Shown: one piece after another, positions 1 to 13,616 of the stretch
Layout of the letters: the number at the start of each line of letters is the position of its first letter
Numbering within the stretch: the stretch's first letter is position 1
Assembly: GCA_951406725.2 (NCBI GenBank)
Contig: OX597816.1
Location: 150,102,001-150,166,000 of the forward strand
Length of the DNA stretch: 64,000 nt
Reading direction: 5' to 3'
Source of the DNA: Octopus vulgaris
Lineage: Eukaryota
Notes under the pieces: model-generated
What the model saw: the letters and a program-made list of their open reading frames with translations, nothing else
Databases searched by the model: none
What the model was told of the DNA's origin: nothing
Program-made: the position numbers and the translations under genes

Positions 1-483
1 CTCTTCTACTTATCTCCTCAAAGACATACAGCATCTCGAAAGAGTCCAGAAGCTGGCTACCCGCATGGTTCATGGTCTCAAAAATTTGTCCTATGAAGAA
101 AGGCTGAGGACGCTCGACCTTTATTCTCTAGAAAAACGCCGCCGCCGTGGTGATCTCATTCTCGCCCACAGCATCATAAGCGGAAAGTGTAACCTCTTGA
201 AAGAGCTGTTCTTCACTCCTGCTCCAGAGCGTCGGCTGCGGGGTCATTCCGAAAAGCTCTACCTGCGACGATTTCATCTCAATCGAAGGAGAGGAGCTTT
301 CTCCGTCTGGGTTGCGGATCCGTGGAACAAGCTGCCAGACGATATGGTGAAGATGCCGACGACTGCTTTGTTCAAAGCCTCCCTTGACCTCAAGTGGCCT
401 GAACTCTTTACATGAACACCACCCTGTACTTAACTCCATGTCCCCCTACATGGCCTTGCTATTTAAATTAACTAACTAACTAA
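1..483 (+). mobile_element. CR1-clade LINE, 3' end of ORF2 plus 3' UTR
   Basis: LERVQKLATRMVHGLKNLSYEERLRTLDLYSLEKRRRRGDLI...LRGH...WNKLP is the typical CR1 ORF2 C-terminus. Stop at 415, then a short UTR ending in (TAAC)n. Confidence 0.88.
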
Positions 484-1380
484 GAGAGTGGTTTATGAAA
501 GGAAAATGAAGAAAGGGACATACATGAAAGACGAAGTCCCCAAATCATCAAAGATTAACTCTGAATAAGAAATGGTTCTGACCTTGATGACATGCTCAAC
601 TCATACAACCATGGGAAAATGGAAAAGCAGATTTAACAGAAGTGATGTCCATCATCATTATTTATCAAAATTAGATTAATGCATGTTTTTCTATACTTGT
701 GGGGGTAGACACATCTTGTTATGTACCTCTCATATGTAAGATTCTCAAGTTTGCTCAAGTAATCTTTGACCAGCAACAAGAGCATGTACTTTAATTCACT
801 GATTCACAATGCATTTTAGCACATCTTACTTATCCATACCAACATGTAACATCTCTCTTATATATATCAGTTAATGTTTTTGATATTCAGCTGTTTTCTC
901 AACTCATCCATTTACAAGTTTAGGGTTTCATACACGTTAACATGGGTCATTCAGTTGATGATATTTAGCACCACTTTTTTATTGGTTTGGTTTGGGAGAA
1001 GGGCGTGTGTCCATGGCTTTTGCAAGCTATCAAGATTGGTAAAATTAATGAGGCTAATAGTTCTCTTGAACAGTTGCAAAGTAGCAACTACAAGAAATGC
1101 ATGGTCAAGGAAAAAATTCCCAAAGACAAGTATTCTGGAGAGGAAAGCATAATGGTTGGTGAGGGGTTGGTGGGGGAGGGATTAGGAGTGATGAAAGAAA
1201 GTGAGTGAGTGAAGATCATCCAACTTTAAATAGTAGAGGTTATCATAGTAGTAACAATAGAAAATGTAGAGTGAAGAGACAGCATATCCTCTGGGCAAGA
1301 TAAAGTGTGTTGGTAACTTCATGCCAACCAGTCAGGTAATCCCATTTGCCTATTGCCCCTGTGGATCTCACTCAACAGTT

Positions 1381-1818
1381 CATCATCATCATCGTTTAAC
1401 ATCTGTTTTCCATGCTAGCATGGGTTGGACGATTTGCCTGAGTACTAGCGAACCAGATGGCTGCACCAGGCTCCAATCTGATTTGGCAGAGTTTCTACAG
1501 CTGGATGCCCTTCCTAATGCCAACTACTCCGAGAGTGTAGTGGGTGCTTTTACGTGTCATCGGCACGAAGGCCAGTCAGGTGGTACTGGTAACAGCCACA
1601 CTCAAATGGTGTTTTTACATACCACCTGCACAGGAGCCAGTCCAGCATACTGGCAACAACCTCGCTCGAATGTTTTTTTCACGTGCCAGTAACACAACGC
1701 TGGTAACGATCACGCTTGAATGGTGCTTTTTATATGTCACCGGCATGGAAGCCAGTTAGCTGCTCTGGCAACGATCATGCTCAGATGGTGCTCTTAGCAT
1801 TCCACTAGCACAGATGCC
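1381..1818 (-). mobile_element. RTE LINE 3' UTR / tail-derived repeat with ~60-bp internal tandem units
   Basis: Ends in ...ttaaacgatgatgatg on minus. The shared block ggttggcattaggaagggcatccagctgtagaaa is also attached to RTE coding sequence at 12545-13192. Confidence 0.75.
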
Positions 1819-3241
1819 TACTACTTAATTTTCAAATATCTATATTTCTACTTGTTTTACATATGCTTCTTCAGAGGGAGAAAGAAAATTGTCATTTCAA
1901 AGAAAAGTAGAAGTTTCACAGGCCACATGGATGAAAAGTTAGCACATTCAGCCACAATACTGCATATGACAGTTGTGGTTCTTTGAATTATAAATACAGT
2001 GCATCCAGCAGGCTTTCACACTCTTTTCATTTATTGACTACCAAATATCAGTCACAAAGCTTTATTCTATCCTGGGCTTTGAGATTGCAAAGTGAACTTG
2101 ATAACCATTTGTCCATACCTGTATCAACATATAAGCACACACACACATTGAAGCTTCTCATACAAATTTTACAAGGATGATTCCTTCGTGTTATCCATCA
2201 CAAAAATCATAAATAGTAGTTCATATGTGAACTGAACTTTTTGTGGATAGTGTCCATAGTTTTGTGTTTTTGTAAACTTCAATGTTATAGTAATCAATAC
2301 TACACCACACCACAACACATACAGAAAATTCAAGAGCTGAAAGCAAAGTCACATAATCATAAATGAAACATAGAAATCAAGCGGCGGCGGCAGCTTCTCC
2401 TCCTCCTACAACTACTACTAATAATAAGCATACTATTTATAATAATAAGTAGTAGTAGTAGTAATAGTAATAATAATAATAATAATAATGTTAATAATAA
2501 CAGCAACAACAAATTATAATGAAAACTGAAGTGGGAGAAAAGAATTTAATCAATTTGTTATGGAAGCACATTGATTTTACTCTTTTGAAGATGATATTGA
2601 TAGAGAAAAATGATTGATTGATGTGAGATTTATCTGATACTTAGTAAAACTTTCCTTAGACATCAACTTATTAATGATAGATTGTAAATAGTACCAAAAC
2701 AGCAACAATATTTCTAACAAAACCATTTTTTGAGACATTAAAAAAAATATTATTGAAGTACAGCAACAATAAAGTTAAAGTGCTCATATAACACTGCTTG
2801 CCTCAGCCTGACTCAGACAAAATATAAAATACTTCCAATAGCAACAAGATTACTTAAAGGCCAGTACTAAGCTTTGACTTTATAGCATTAAGGATATGAG
2901 AAACCTTCATATGATGTCAATCTATCATCGTTAACTATCCAAGAAAAACTGGTATAGATTCTTGATAGTAATGAGAATTGATGTATGTAAAATTAAGTGT
3001 ACAGATCAAAAACAACAAAATACCACCCATAGAATTTTAAACCAAAGGTTCACAAGCTGATAGACCAATATATTGCTTACTCAGCCATTCTAGTCCTCCT
3101 CAGTCTATCTTAATGTTTCTTTGACCGTGTCACCCAATTTCTTTATACTTTAAGTACATTTGTATGAATTCTGAATAATAATACAAATTGTATTATTTAA
3201 AATTCTGCAATATTCCCACAACTACCTACAATACTCTAGAG

Positions 3242-3574
3242 CAGAGGTTTTCAACCATTTTTTTTTTATCTATGGGTCCCTTTGATTACTTTTCTATTCT
3301 AGTAGACCTCCAATGCCATTCAATGTTTAAAATTAAGTTTTATAGAAATTTCTTTCAAAATTCCTATTTGGTTTTTCACACAATCACTTATGTAGGTTGA
3401 GCTAGGAGAAAGAAATTTAGCTGTTTCTTGCAATAAATACATCTAAATCAAAACTTGTTCATGGACCCATAATATACTACTGTGGATCTCCAATTTACTA
3501 TTTTGCATGTGTGCATCCACAAAAATCCAATATGGACCTTCAAAGGTCATGTGGATCCTGGTTGAAAACCACTG
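3242..3574. mobile_element. hAT (Charlie-like) non-autonomous element
   Basis: TIRs cagaggttttcaacc / ggttgaaaaccactg. Exact 8-bp TSD ctctagag at 3234-3241 and 3575-3582. Confidence 0.88.
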
Positions 3575-4448
3575 CTCTAGAGTTAATTCTCAAACTAACA
3601 AATCCAGACTCCACCAACATCAGTGAAATTTATTGCCCTTCTCTACCTCTCTGTTAATGACAAAATAACACTTGCATTAACATACATCTCTTTTATTTTT
3701 GAATATTTAAAACCATCTAGTTTGTTTAAAAAAAAGGCAATCTGTCCATTCTTTTTCAATCTTCATAGCTCCCACACTCAGCCCCATAAGAAACATCTTA
3801 GGGTGTTACAACATTTAGGTTAAAAAACACTGACCTAACTAACTGAAAATAAATGAAAGTGTTGAATGGCTGCCCACAACAGAAAATGGTCTCTCAAGGC
3901 TGAATACAAATAATCCAGTACTCTAGCCATTTAATATTTCATCTCTACAAGTCTTATCTTTTTTCACATTCCATATGAATAACCACAGTTCTTAATTTCC
4001 AGTTTTGTCATTGATTCATTAATAATGTTATCATTGGGTCTAGTCAGCATTTTCTAAAGATGTGCTAAAATTTATCAGCTATAAAAATAAACATCATTTA
4101 ATAAAATTCTTGCAGTTTTGCTATGAGTATTCAGATAATTTCAGATGAATCTTTATACACAAAATATTCTCTCTTCTTTTGCAGTAACAATCAGTCTATA
4201 AACTTTCAGTTTTACTTTATCATTTACATTCAAAGCCTCAGCTTTACCAATGATTTGTGACATTGCTTTGATTTTTTTAATCTGAGGGTGTTAGGTTACA
4301 CAACCACATTATAACTGTGCACCTTACTACATTCAATAAAGAAATTCAAGGTAAATAGTAACAGGCAGGTACCACACCAGGATAGGAATCCAAACCTCCC
4401 TTTGTGTTCTATTGAAAAGTAAAGCAATAAAAAGTAAAAATGACTTAC

Positions 4449-4588
4449 CCAATAACTACAATTATAAAATCTAGAATGTTCCATCCGTTGCGTAAATATG
4501 CTCCTGGATGTAACACAAATCCATAGGCTATGATCTTCATGGCACATTCTAGTGTGAAGATCACAAGGAATACATATTCTACATTTTC
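4449..4588 (-). CDS. Cav1: L-type voltage-gated Ca2+ channel alpha-1 subunit, internal exon encoding domain I S2-S3
   Basis: Minus strand reads tttatttttcag|GAA AAT GTA...ATT GG|gtaagt, 140 nt. Translates [47 protein letters not shown], the conserved IS2-IS3 segment (YLRNGWN.LDF) of Cav1 channels, with canonical AG/GT sites. Confidence 0.96.
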
Positions 4589-5320
4589 CTGAAAAATAAA
4601 GAATAAAATAAAATAAAACACATGGCTTAGCTGTTAAAAAAATTCAAGAATTATACTGATTTACTTCTGTTTATGAAATATACAATAACATGATGTAAAA
4701 TAATTTAATTCTGCAATGAAATGGCAAAATTTAGTCATTAGGAAATTTATAAAAAAGTTAGAGACTTCCTTTGTAACAACCATTTAAGTTTGACATAATT
4801 GGCATAAAGCTAACATATATAACTATAAAAAAAAATTATTTCCTCTAAATTTCAATACTTTTGGAATGAGATTTTGTAGTTTAGGATTTTCAGACTGTTA
4901 ACTTCATGTTTTATATTCATGTTTTCTACAATATGCTTTGATTGATGCATTATCTTATTGTCTTCAGGTGGTTCTTTCTTTTTATCTCTATATAAAAGTA
5001 ATGGAAAAGCATTCAACTTTAGTAATAATAATTACATATTTGCTATAGTTAGAGTTGCTAAATTACAAATTTATAAAAACATCTATTGATGAAAAGATTG
5101 AATATTCTAGTAGCATCAAATTTATTACAAGTACACAGGGTTGACTAAGATCCCAAGTTCTACCAGTAGTGCACTAGTAAATAGGAACAGAGACATTTGT
5201 AGATATGTATCCTTGAAAATATTCCTAAAATGGAGAAAGTGGGAATTTACTTCAGTATAAATAGCATTCTTCAAGGCAGTATCCCAACATGGGTGAAATC
5301 TAATAATGGTGGCATATATA

Positions 5321-6045
5321 CAGGGCGCGATGGGTAAATTGTCGACATTATATATTGTTAATTTCGCACATGTGTATTGTCTTTGACTTTGCTGACTATA
5401 CAGTATGGTAGGGTCAGTTGGGTACCATCTGTGAGAAAAACAGCACCATGACACAATTCACTCTGACAGAAATTTGGAAATGACATGCTCTACTGTTTGT
5501 CATTCATGCCAGAAGATAAAATACAAAGATTTCAGTGGTTGGGTGTCAATCTGAGGACATGTACTGAGAGTGATAAAAATCAAAAATCCAGTCAACATCA
5601 TGTGATGGCGATGTTATACCTCCATTCATCTTCCCACACTGCCCCACACTCAACATGGAGGCCTATATCAAGTACCAGGAGGAGGTAGTGCTGGCCTGGG
5701 TCAAGAGGGTAGCTGCTGGAAGACCCTATGTCTGGCAAAATCACTCCTAATATCTGGCCACTTAGCCCCTCAGTCTGCAACTCCCTTGAATATTATGTAT
5801 GGCGTACAGATGAGCGAAGAACCAACAAAACTTTTTAACAAGGAGATTGTCCAGAAGAGTTTCAGCAGATTCCGAAGTTGACTGGAGACCGTGGTTGAAG
5901 CCAATGGCAATTTTATTGAATAAATTTACTCATTAGTATTTCAAGATATTTTTATGTAAGTTTGGTAAAAAATCTGTTAAAATGAGATGTCACTGTTATT
6001 TTTATTTTTGCATAATTTAGATGACAGTTTATTCACTGCACCCTG
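5321..6045 (+). mobile_element. Internally deleted, decayed Tc1/mariner (maT-like) element
   Basis: TA|cagggcgcgatgggtaaattgtc...gacagtttattcactgcaccctg|TA imperfect TIRs. Transposase remnants IWPLSPSVCNSLEYYVW and LETVVEANGNFIE*. Confidence 0.72.
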
Positions 6046-6132
6046 TACATACATGTGTGTGTGTGTGTGTGTATGTGCACGTGTGTGTGAGTGCATGTGT
6101 GTGTGTATGTGCATGTATATATTTATTTATAC

Positions 6133-6169
<37 letters not shown>

Positions 6170-7919
6170 CATACACACACATACGTGTGTGGGTTTGTAC
6201 ACACACACACACACACACAAGCATACATTATATGAGTGATATTTTCAACCAAGACGTTACAATTGTATCTGATTCTTCAAGTGTTTCAATTCTGTGTATT
6301 TACATAAATTTACTAGATTGCTGACATTTATTAATGGTTTTCCCCACTGTATTGAGGTGTTATTTTCTATCATTAATAAAACTCAGCATTTTTGCCGACA
6401 CGGATATGCTAGTATATATATACATACATACATATATACCCCATAAGCAGCATTAAGTACTCTATCTTTTAACTACTACTTGAAAATGTACAGGTGCATA
6501 CATGTATATGAAGAAGAAAATATAGACACAGAAAACAGGAATGATAACATGAAAAATTGAAACCAAATTATAGTTCCATCCATTATATGTATATTACTAT
6601 GAACACCATACAATGATACTAATGCTATGTTTATGCAAAATATGGCTCATAAATGTTTTGCACAGAAAGAACCAAAACTGCTAAAATGACAAAAATATCA
6701 TTCTGTTTTTAATTTTAAACCAAAATAATTCATAACGATTTCTTTATTTACAAATACACTAATAAAAATATTACAAAGAAGCAAGATGCAAAGAAACAAA
6801 AAATTGTATGAAATTTAACAGATTTGAACTGATGAGACTGAAAGAATAAACTAAATACTGTGGTGGATTTCAACGGGTAGTTTGTGCTGGTTACTCTCAC
6901 CCTATTGTTCATTAGTAAGATATAAGTAAAGAAAACAAAAGAAATATCTAAAAAAAAAAGCATAATGTTGAAATTGTTGTTAATAATGAACCTTTAGTAT
7001 AATGAAAGGTTGGGTATCACTAAAGAATTTTTTAAAAATGGACATTCAACAAGACACATTTGTGCTTGCATAAATTATGGTTATATATTAGTTTTAATGA
7101 GACAATCTTTCTTTTTTGGATTGACTTAAAATGCGATCTGACTGAAAAAAAAAAAATTAAAAATATCTTTAGGCAATGGCAGATTAAATTAAATGAATAA
7201 AAAGTACAAATGAAAAATATATATAATTAAATTTTTAAAAATCTAATATTCCTTGGCAGTAAGCAACTGTCTTATTTCTCATCTTAGTTGCATGCCAGTA
7301 AAATTAATTACTTTCATGGTGACTATTTTTCTTGAAATGTAAGAGTACATTTTGTAACACAACACTGCTAGTATTACTGCTACAACATTACTGTTTACAA
7401 AACTGCTCAAAAATCCCTTAAGCAAAGTTTTGCAGCTATTGATTTCAGATTGAAAGGAAAAAGTTTTCTGATATTATTACCATTATTTCAACGAGCAGGT
7501 TATAAACCTTCACAATCAAAATAGATGAGCTAACAACAGTGAACTTCCTTGGTCAAACTGTTTTCTGTCAAAGGATTGGGTCAATTGATAGAATTTTCTT
7601 TATCAGAAGCACCCCACCTTCTTTTTCTGGCTATATTCAAAGTTGAATTTTTCACTGAAAGCAAACAAAATACCTACATTTTACCACTGCTTTCTTGGAG
7701 TGATGAGCCATTCCATTTAAGTAGGCTATTATTTCACAATTTCTGCTTAGTATAACTGACACCAGACAAGCCAATACAAGAGCTTCTAGAAAGCTGCTCA
7801 CTTTGCTTGAAATAATAACCACATTTCTCTCAAATCACATAATGCCCTCTTAGAACTGGGGTACATTGTTGGTAATGAGAGGAATATTACCAGGGTTATT
7901 AGGGGAAGTTTCCCTAGTG

Positions 7920-8205
7920 CATGCATATTGGAATTAAAAGAAAAGCAGGCAGAAATGTGTAAGCTTTCTCTGAGGTAGTTGTGCTTATAGAACTGTAATG
8001 CTTGATAAGTGGAAGGAAGGATGATTTTGATAAGTTGATAGAGACCCTTTTGACAAGAGACCAAAAGGACCAGTGGTAGTTTTGGAGGTAGAGGGACTTG
8101 TGAGATGCGTGATGCATGAAGGTATTTCTCAGATGATGATATTGCAAGAGTTGCTTGTTAGACAAAAGCTGTCCAGTGTATAGGGGTAGGTGATTCTCTA
8201 GAGCC
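7920..8205 (-). mobile_element. Decayed LINE ORF2 fragment (CR1/Jockey-like)
   Basis: SFWSLVKRVSINLSKSSFLPL resembles the linker upstream of the RT domain; heavily decayed. Confidence 0.35.
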
Positions 8206-9041
8206 CCCAAAATTACTACAGTGCTTAATGATCACCTCGAGAACTCAGTTTCCACAAAAACTGTTTGCCAGGAGCTGCACAAAGCCAGATTTCATGGGAG
8301 GGCTGCAATCAGAAAACCACTACTTTCAAAAACAAACATTGCAAAGCATTTAGAGTGGAGTAAAAACCTACAGAATTGGTCCCTAGAGCAGTGGAAGAAT
8401 GCTATTTTCTCAGGTGAGTCATCCTTTACCTTATTTCTGACCACTGGCCAAGCATGTGTGGAGACAGCCAAAAGAAGCATTTGACACAGACTGCCTTCTT
8501 CCATCTGTTAAACATGGAGGAGGATCTGTGATGGTCTGGGAGGCTATATCTTGGAAATCCGCCAGTCCAATGGTTTCCCTTCATGGCAGAATTAATATTC
8601 AAGACTATTTAAGCATTTTATCTGATCAAATTCATCCTATGGTTGCGGAACTGTTTCTGGAGGGAAATGCAATCTTTCAAGATGATAAAGCACCAATTCA
8701 CACAGCTAAAGTTGTTACTGAATGGCACATGGAACATTCTAGTGAAGTTGAACATTTTATCTAGCCACCACAATCCCCAGTTCTCAATATTATTGAACAT
8801 TTATGGTGCATTTTAGAAAAACAAGTAAAGAGTTGATATCCTCCACCATCATTAATACAAGAACTGGAGACTGTTTTAGCTGAAGAATGGACAAAAATTC
8901 CTTTGGAAACAATTTAGACTTTGTATGAGTCCATACCTCGTAGAATTGAAGCTGTAATTAATGACAAAGGTGGTCCTACCTCACAGCAAAATAAATTTAT
9001 TTGAAATTTTAAGGTGTTTCTATTATTTTGTCCAACCCCTG
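8205..9041 (+). mobile_element. 5'-truncated Tc1 (DD34E-type) transposon with pseudogenised transposase
   Basis: AIRKPLLS..., AIFSGESSF, SVKHGGGSVMVW, IFQDDKAPIHTAK, PQSPVLNIIEHLW, YESIPRRIEAVI. Frameshift near 8455 and several stops. 3' TIR ...ttttgtccaacccctg|TA. Confidence 0.92.
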
Positions 9042-9111
<70 letters not shown>

Positions 9112-10464
9112 TTGCTGCAAAATGCATTTTTTAACATTTAATGCTTCTAATAAAAGATTGACAGAAACATTTCAGCATCAGCGAAAATGCCATTTGGTAT
9201 ATGTTTTGGCTATTTACATTCAGAAACCAAATCCTTCCAAAGCCAATATTGCTTTCCCTCCTTACAAGCTGGATAAAATAAAGTACCAGTCATATTGGCT
9301 AAGCCATTTCCCTAAGAACTGCTAGCCTTATGCTTAAATTAGAAACAACTATAATTATTAATGACATTTACAGCCAATCTAACATTACTATTCTGACTAT
9401 ATCAGAATCATAATCAGTAAAAACTAAGTAAAAATTAACATTTAATCATTTATGTGATGATGATGATGACAATGATTATGAAGACAATGATGAAGAAGAA
9501 AAAGATATGTCTCCAAGTTGAATATACTGTTAACAACAGTTGAATAGAAGACAAAGTGAAATTCTAAAATTTTTCATTTTTCTGTAATCAGTTTAATTAT
9601 ATCAATTTCAAATTTTTTTTTTACAATCATCTACTTCTCCCAATTAAGCTAGATACATACTAAATTAATAATTGTTCTCAAAGACCATTTGAAGTGCTTT
9701 CAATGTAATAATACCCATGTCATTCAATTTTGTCATCATATTATATGTGCATATGCATGCATGCACACACATGCAGATATACATGTATCCGAACATTGTT
9801 GACTTGAATAAATAGTAGGTGTAAGAATACCCTGGAGTTTCTACACATTTTTCTAAAATATTTGAACAATACAGAATATTACATGCTTCTTGTATTCATT
9901 ATGATTCCTGAAATGTTAGCTACAACACTTCTATTTCACTAATAGAACATTATTGAGCTTGACACTTTTTAGCTGGCATGTCAGTGTACTTAGTAGTAGC
10001 CAGCTATATACACATAGAATGCAACAAGCATGATGCAGCTGACAGGTTTTCATTATATGATAGTTGAATTAGTAAAAAAATATTTTAGTGCAGAATTTTT
10101 ACTCTATTGTAATCTAATTCATATATTTCTGCTGCTTTTCTAAAGTTAAAAAATCAAAACAAACTCATATAAATATTTGAATAAACAACGTAAATAAATG
10201 TGAAATTATCAAAATGAAATTGAAACTATTGTAAGATAAATTTTTTAAAAAACATTTCCATAAAGATAAAATTTTACTCAGTAACAAAGGCAAATATTAT
10301 GCAGAAGATTAAAGGTAACTACAAACTTTGGCCTTAATATTAATGTACTTCTGGTATCTGCATGTACAAATACAAAGACAACTTCTCAGAGAAACCAATG
10401 TTTGACAAATGGAAAAAGATGCATTTCAATGTTTTCCTCTAACCTTTAGTATCACACTATATCT

Positions 10465-10500
<36 letters not shown>

Positions 10501-10909
10501 TCACACACACACACACACACACATATGGAATGATTTGTGACGATGTGGTTTAGTTACCCGACTGGATTCATATCATGCTTCTGCAATTATCACGGACTAC
10601 AACTATATTGACTACTTTTACATTTTATATATAATTTTCATAGTTGGGTATAGTTTATTTTATATACTTTTCTCTTTAAATTTGTAGTCGATTAACTCGC
10701 TGTAATAATCATTTTTAGATAATTTTTAGTCAATTTTTATATACGTTTTCTGGGAAGGTCCTGTGTATTTTATATTTTTTGCATTTGATTTTTATCTGGT
10801 GTTTGTTTTTTTTTTGACATTTGAAAGCCATTCTATCATTTCTATGTAATGAAGTGTAGAAGCATGGATATATAAAGCTCATTAACCAGAATTCAATGTT
10901 TGTTCTTAA

Positions 10910-10962
<53 letters not shown>

Positions 10963-11022
10963 GTATTTGTTGAGTATATAAACAGTTTAGTTACTTGTTT
11001 TCCTGGAGACTGTTAGAGTGAT

Positions 11023-11078
11023 GTGGACACCTCTGATGAGAACCCAATAAAGTTTGAAAATCGATTATGGTTGTTCAC
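11023..11078 (+). ncRNA. Type I hammerhead ribozyme motif (Penelope/retrozyme-like), partly decayed
   Basis: gtggacacct-CTGATGA-gaacccaataaagttt-GAAA-atcgat-TA-tggttgttcac. Stem II GAAC/GTTT, palindromic stem III AATCGATT, stem I with a U-U mismatch and a bulge. Confidence 0.62.
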
Positions 11079-11213
11079 CATTTTTTCAGTCTGCAGAGAA
11101 ATGGCTAAAATTTACCCTGTTTACAATTATGCCATATGACATATATGTATAAATATATATCCTTAAAATCCTTAAAAATGTTTTAGCCCGAAGGCTGTGG
11201 CCATGCTGGGGCA

Positions 11214-11262
<49 letters not shown>

Positions 11263-11269
11263 ACCTTCC

Positions 11270-12110
11270 TGAAATTACACTGCACCAACTGTATGTGTAT
11301 AGCTTACACTGGGTGCACAGTATGAAATTTCTGCCTACACATTTCCTACACATTGAGCAGGGCCATTTACCCAAGGGATGTAAGGTCCTGTATATTTTCT
11401 TGCTTATTAGAACCTTTGTCTTCGCTTAAGTTAACTTTACCTTTGAGTCCAGGTTTTTTTCCCACACCTGGAATTCCTTTCCTAATTCTGTTACAGATTC
11501 TGCTATGAGAGTGAGATCATCAGCATATAGCAGTTCTCAGGGGCAGCTGGTTATAAGTTCTTCTGTTATAGCTAAAAGAACAATGGTAAATAGGAGGGAA
11601 CTGAAAATTGAGCCCTGGTGAACACCTGCCTGTGCACTAAACTTGTCATTGTATTCATGGCTAACTCTCATCTTATTGGCAGGATCTTATTGGCAAGTTC
11701 AGAGGGCAATTTCTTCTCTCTGAGTAATAGGCAGATTGTATGATGCTTGTGTATGCTACATAGTAGTGAGAGACATGGACCCGGAGTAGTGGATATGCAA
11801 AGACTGGAGAGGAATGAAGCTAACATGCTCTAATGGACATGTGATGTTAGTGTGCACGTATGACAAAGTGCAAATGTATTGAGAGAAAAGTTAGGCATAA
11901 GAAAATCAGATGAGATGTGCATAAAGAAGTATTAATTGCTAAAAGTGGATGGAACTCATGGAACAGAGAGGTATAGGAAAACATGTGATGAAGTACTGAA
12001 GGTTGATTTCAAGATGTTGAAACTTATGGAGGAATATCAAAATGTACTAAGCATCAAGAGGATTGGTGTTTTGGTGTGCTTGAGAAGTCTTGTCTATTAC
12101 AGCAAAAATG
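11270..12110. mobile_element. RTE LINE fragment with inverted 5' part
   Basis: 11270-11681 on minus encodes GVHQGSIFSSLLF...ELLYADDL and a Cys-rich C-x2-C segment. 11690-12110 on plus encodes the downstream RTE C-terminal region (LERNEANML, LREKLGI). Confidence 0.78.
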
Positions 12111-12544
12111 ATATCCTAAACCATTCAGTTATGTTTGACCATACCTCAGCTGTTGTACATACCTGTTACATTACATCCCATCTTCTCCCTAACACATTAA
12201 CTCCATGGCCTGTTGTGTGAAGTTTGTGATGAACCACTGGTAGTACATGTGATGGTTAATGTGTTAATGGTCTTCCCACCACTCACAAAAATTCCTATTA
12301 CTCATCATCCAGACCAACAGTATTTCTACCAATTACCTTGTTTCCATGCCTTCAGCCACTACTCTCTTTCCCCCTTAAGGAAGTATACTGTATGACTACA
12401 TAACTGTAGTCTAATAACTAAAACCATTGAAAGAACAAATATATATAGATATATATATGTTATAATCATCATCGTGATTTTAATGTCCACTTTTCTGTGG
12501 TTGTATGGTTAGATATATATACATATGTAATGTAAGTGTACATG

Positions 12545-13192
12545 TTCAACAGAGAGCCAGTCTTCTGAGAGAGAAGTTAGGTGTAAGAGGAATTTGTCGT
12601 TGTGTGCAAGACAGGAGACTGCACTGGCTTGGTCATGTGCTGTGAATGGATGCTGATAGCTCCATAAAGAAATACCGATCTCTCAAAGTGGATGGAGCAT
12701 GCGGAAGTAGTAGAGCCAGGAAGATATGGAACAAAGTACTGAAGAACAACCTCAGAAAGCTGAACTTCTCAGGTGAGATGACAAAGAACTGAGACAACTG
12801 GTGCTTGGCTGTACTCAAGAAGGCCCATACCCAGTAGCAAAAGTGTTAAGACCGATCCTTTTGGTTGTGTAGAGCACCCACAGTGGTTCCATATAAAAAT
12901 GCCTGTGTGGTGACATGTAAAAGTGCCTGTACGACATCATGTAAAAGCGTCCATATGGTACCACATAAAAACACCTGTGCAGTGCCACATAAAAGTACTC
13001 GTGTGGTGTTACGTAAAAAGCACCCACTACACTCTTGGAGTGGTTGGCATTAAGAAGGACATCCAGCTGTAGAAACCACGTGAAATTAGACTGGTATTTT
13101 TGCAGCCCCACCAGCTTGCCAGCTCTGGTCATACTGCCCAACCCATGCTAGCATGGACAACAGATTTTAAATGATGATGATGATGATGATGA
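12545..13192 (+). mobile_element. RTE LINE 3' end: ORF C-terminus, 24-bp tandem array, 3' UTR, (GAT)n tail
   Basis: LREKLGVRGICRCVQDRRLHWLGHVL*MD...GSSRARKIW, then ~6 degenerate 24-bp units (gtggtgccacgtaaaagcacc-like) and a (tga)n tail. Confidence 0.85.
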
Positions 13193-13616
13193 TATATGTC
13201 TGTACATATGTACATACATACATATGTATGTATATACATATGTATAAAGCTATTCCAAATCATGCACTGAGAATCTTCATATCTCACTCCGTTATCAAAA
13301 ATATTGTCAACTGAATGCACATGTAAATGTAACAAGGGACATGGAAAGCACAACTAGAAGTGTAGTATTAGTGCAAGCATTATTTAGTCTTCTGTACAAT
13401 AGCATATTTACTTTGTGAATACATGTGTGCAATATTGATTAGCAAGAGCCAATATTATAAATATTTGGACACTGAAATGTTTGAAAGACAGCAGAAATGA
13501 GAAATGTACACATATATCTTAATGTGTGTGTATACATACATATATACATATACATACATACATACACATATACATACATACATACACATATATATATATA
13601 TATATACTCTTTTTCC

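Noticed and set aside
4296-4547. 83-aa ORF overlapping the Cav1 exon
   Set aside because: It is an out-of-frame reading of the real exon running into the intron.
5987-6324. ORFs rich in YI/CV/HT repeats (also at 9014, 13439-13991, 14780, 35469, 41107, 42384 and 54112)
   Set aside because: These are translations of (TA)n, (CA)n and (GA)n microsatellites.
12880-13030. Regularly spaced 24-bp repeats that look like a CRISPR array (also ~60-bp units at 1545-1800 and 34615-34870)
   Set aside because: The units are contiguous degenerate tandem copies without unique spacers, they sit in a LINE 3' UTR in eukaryotic DNA, and there are no cas genes.
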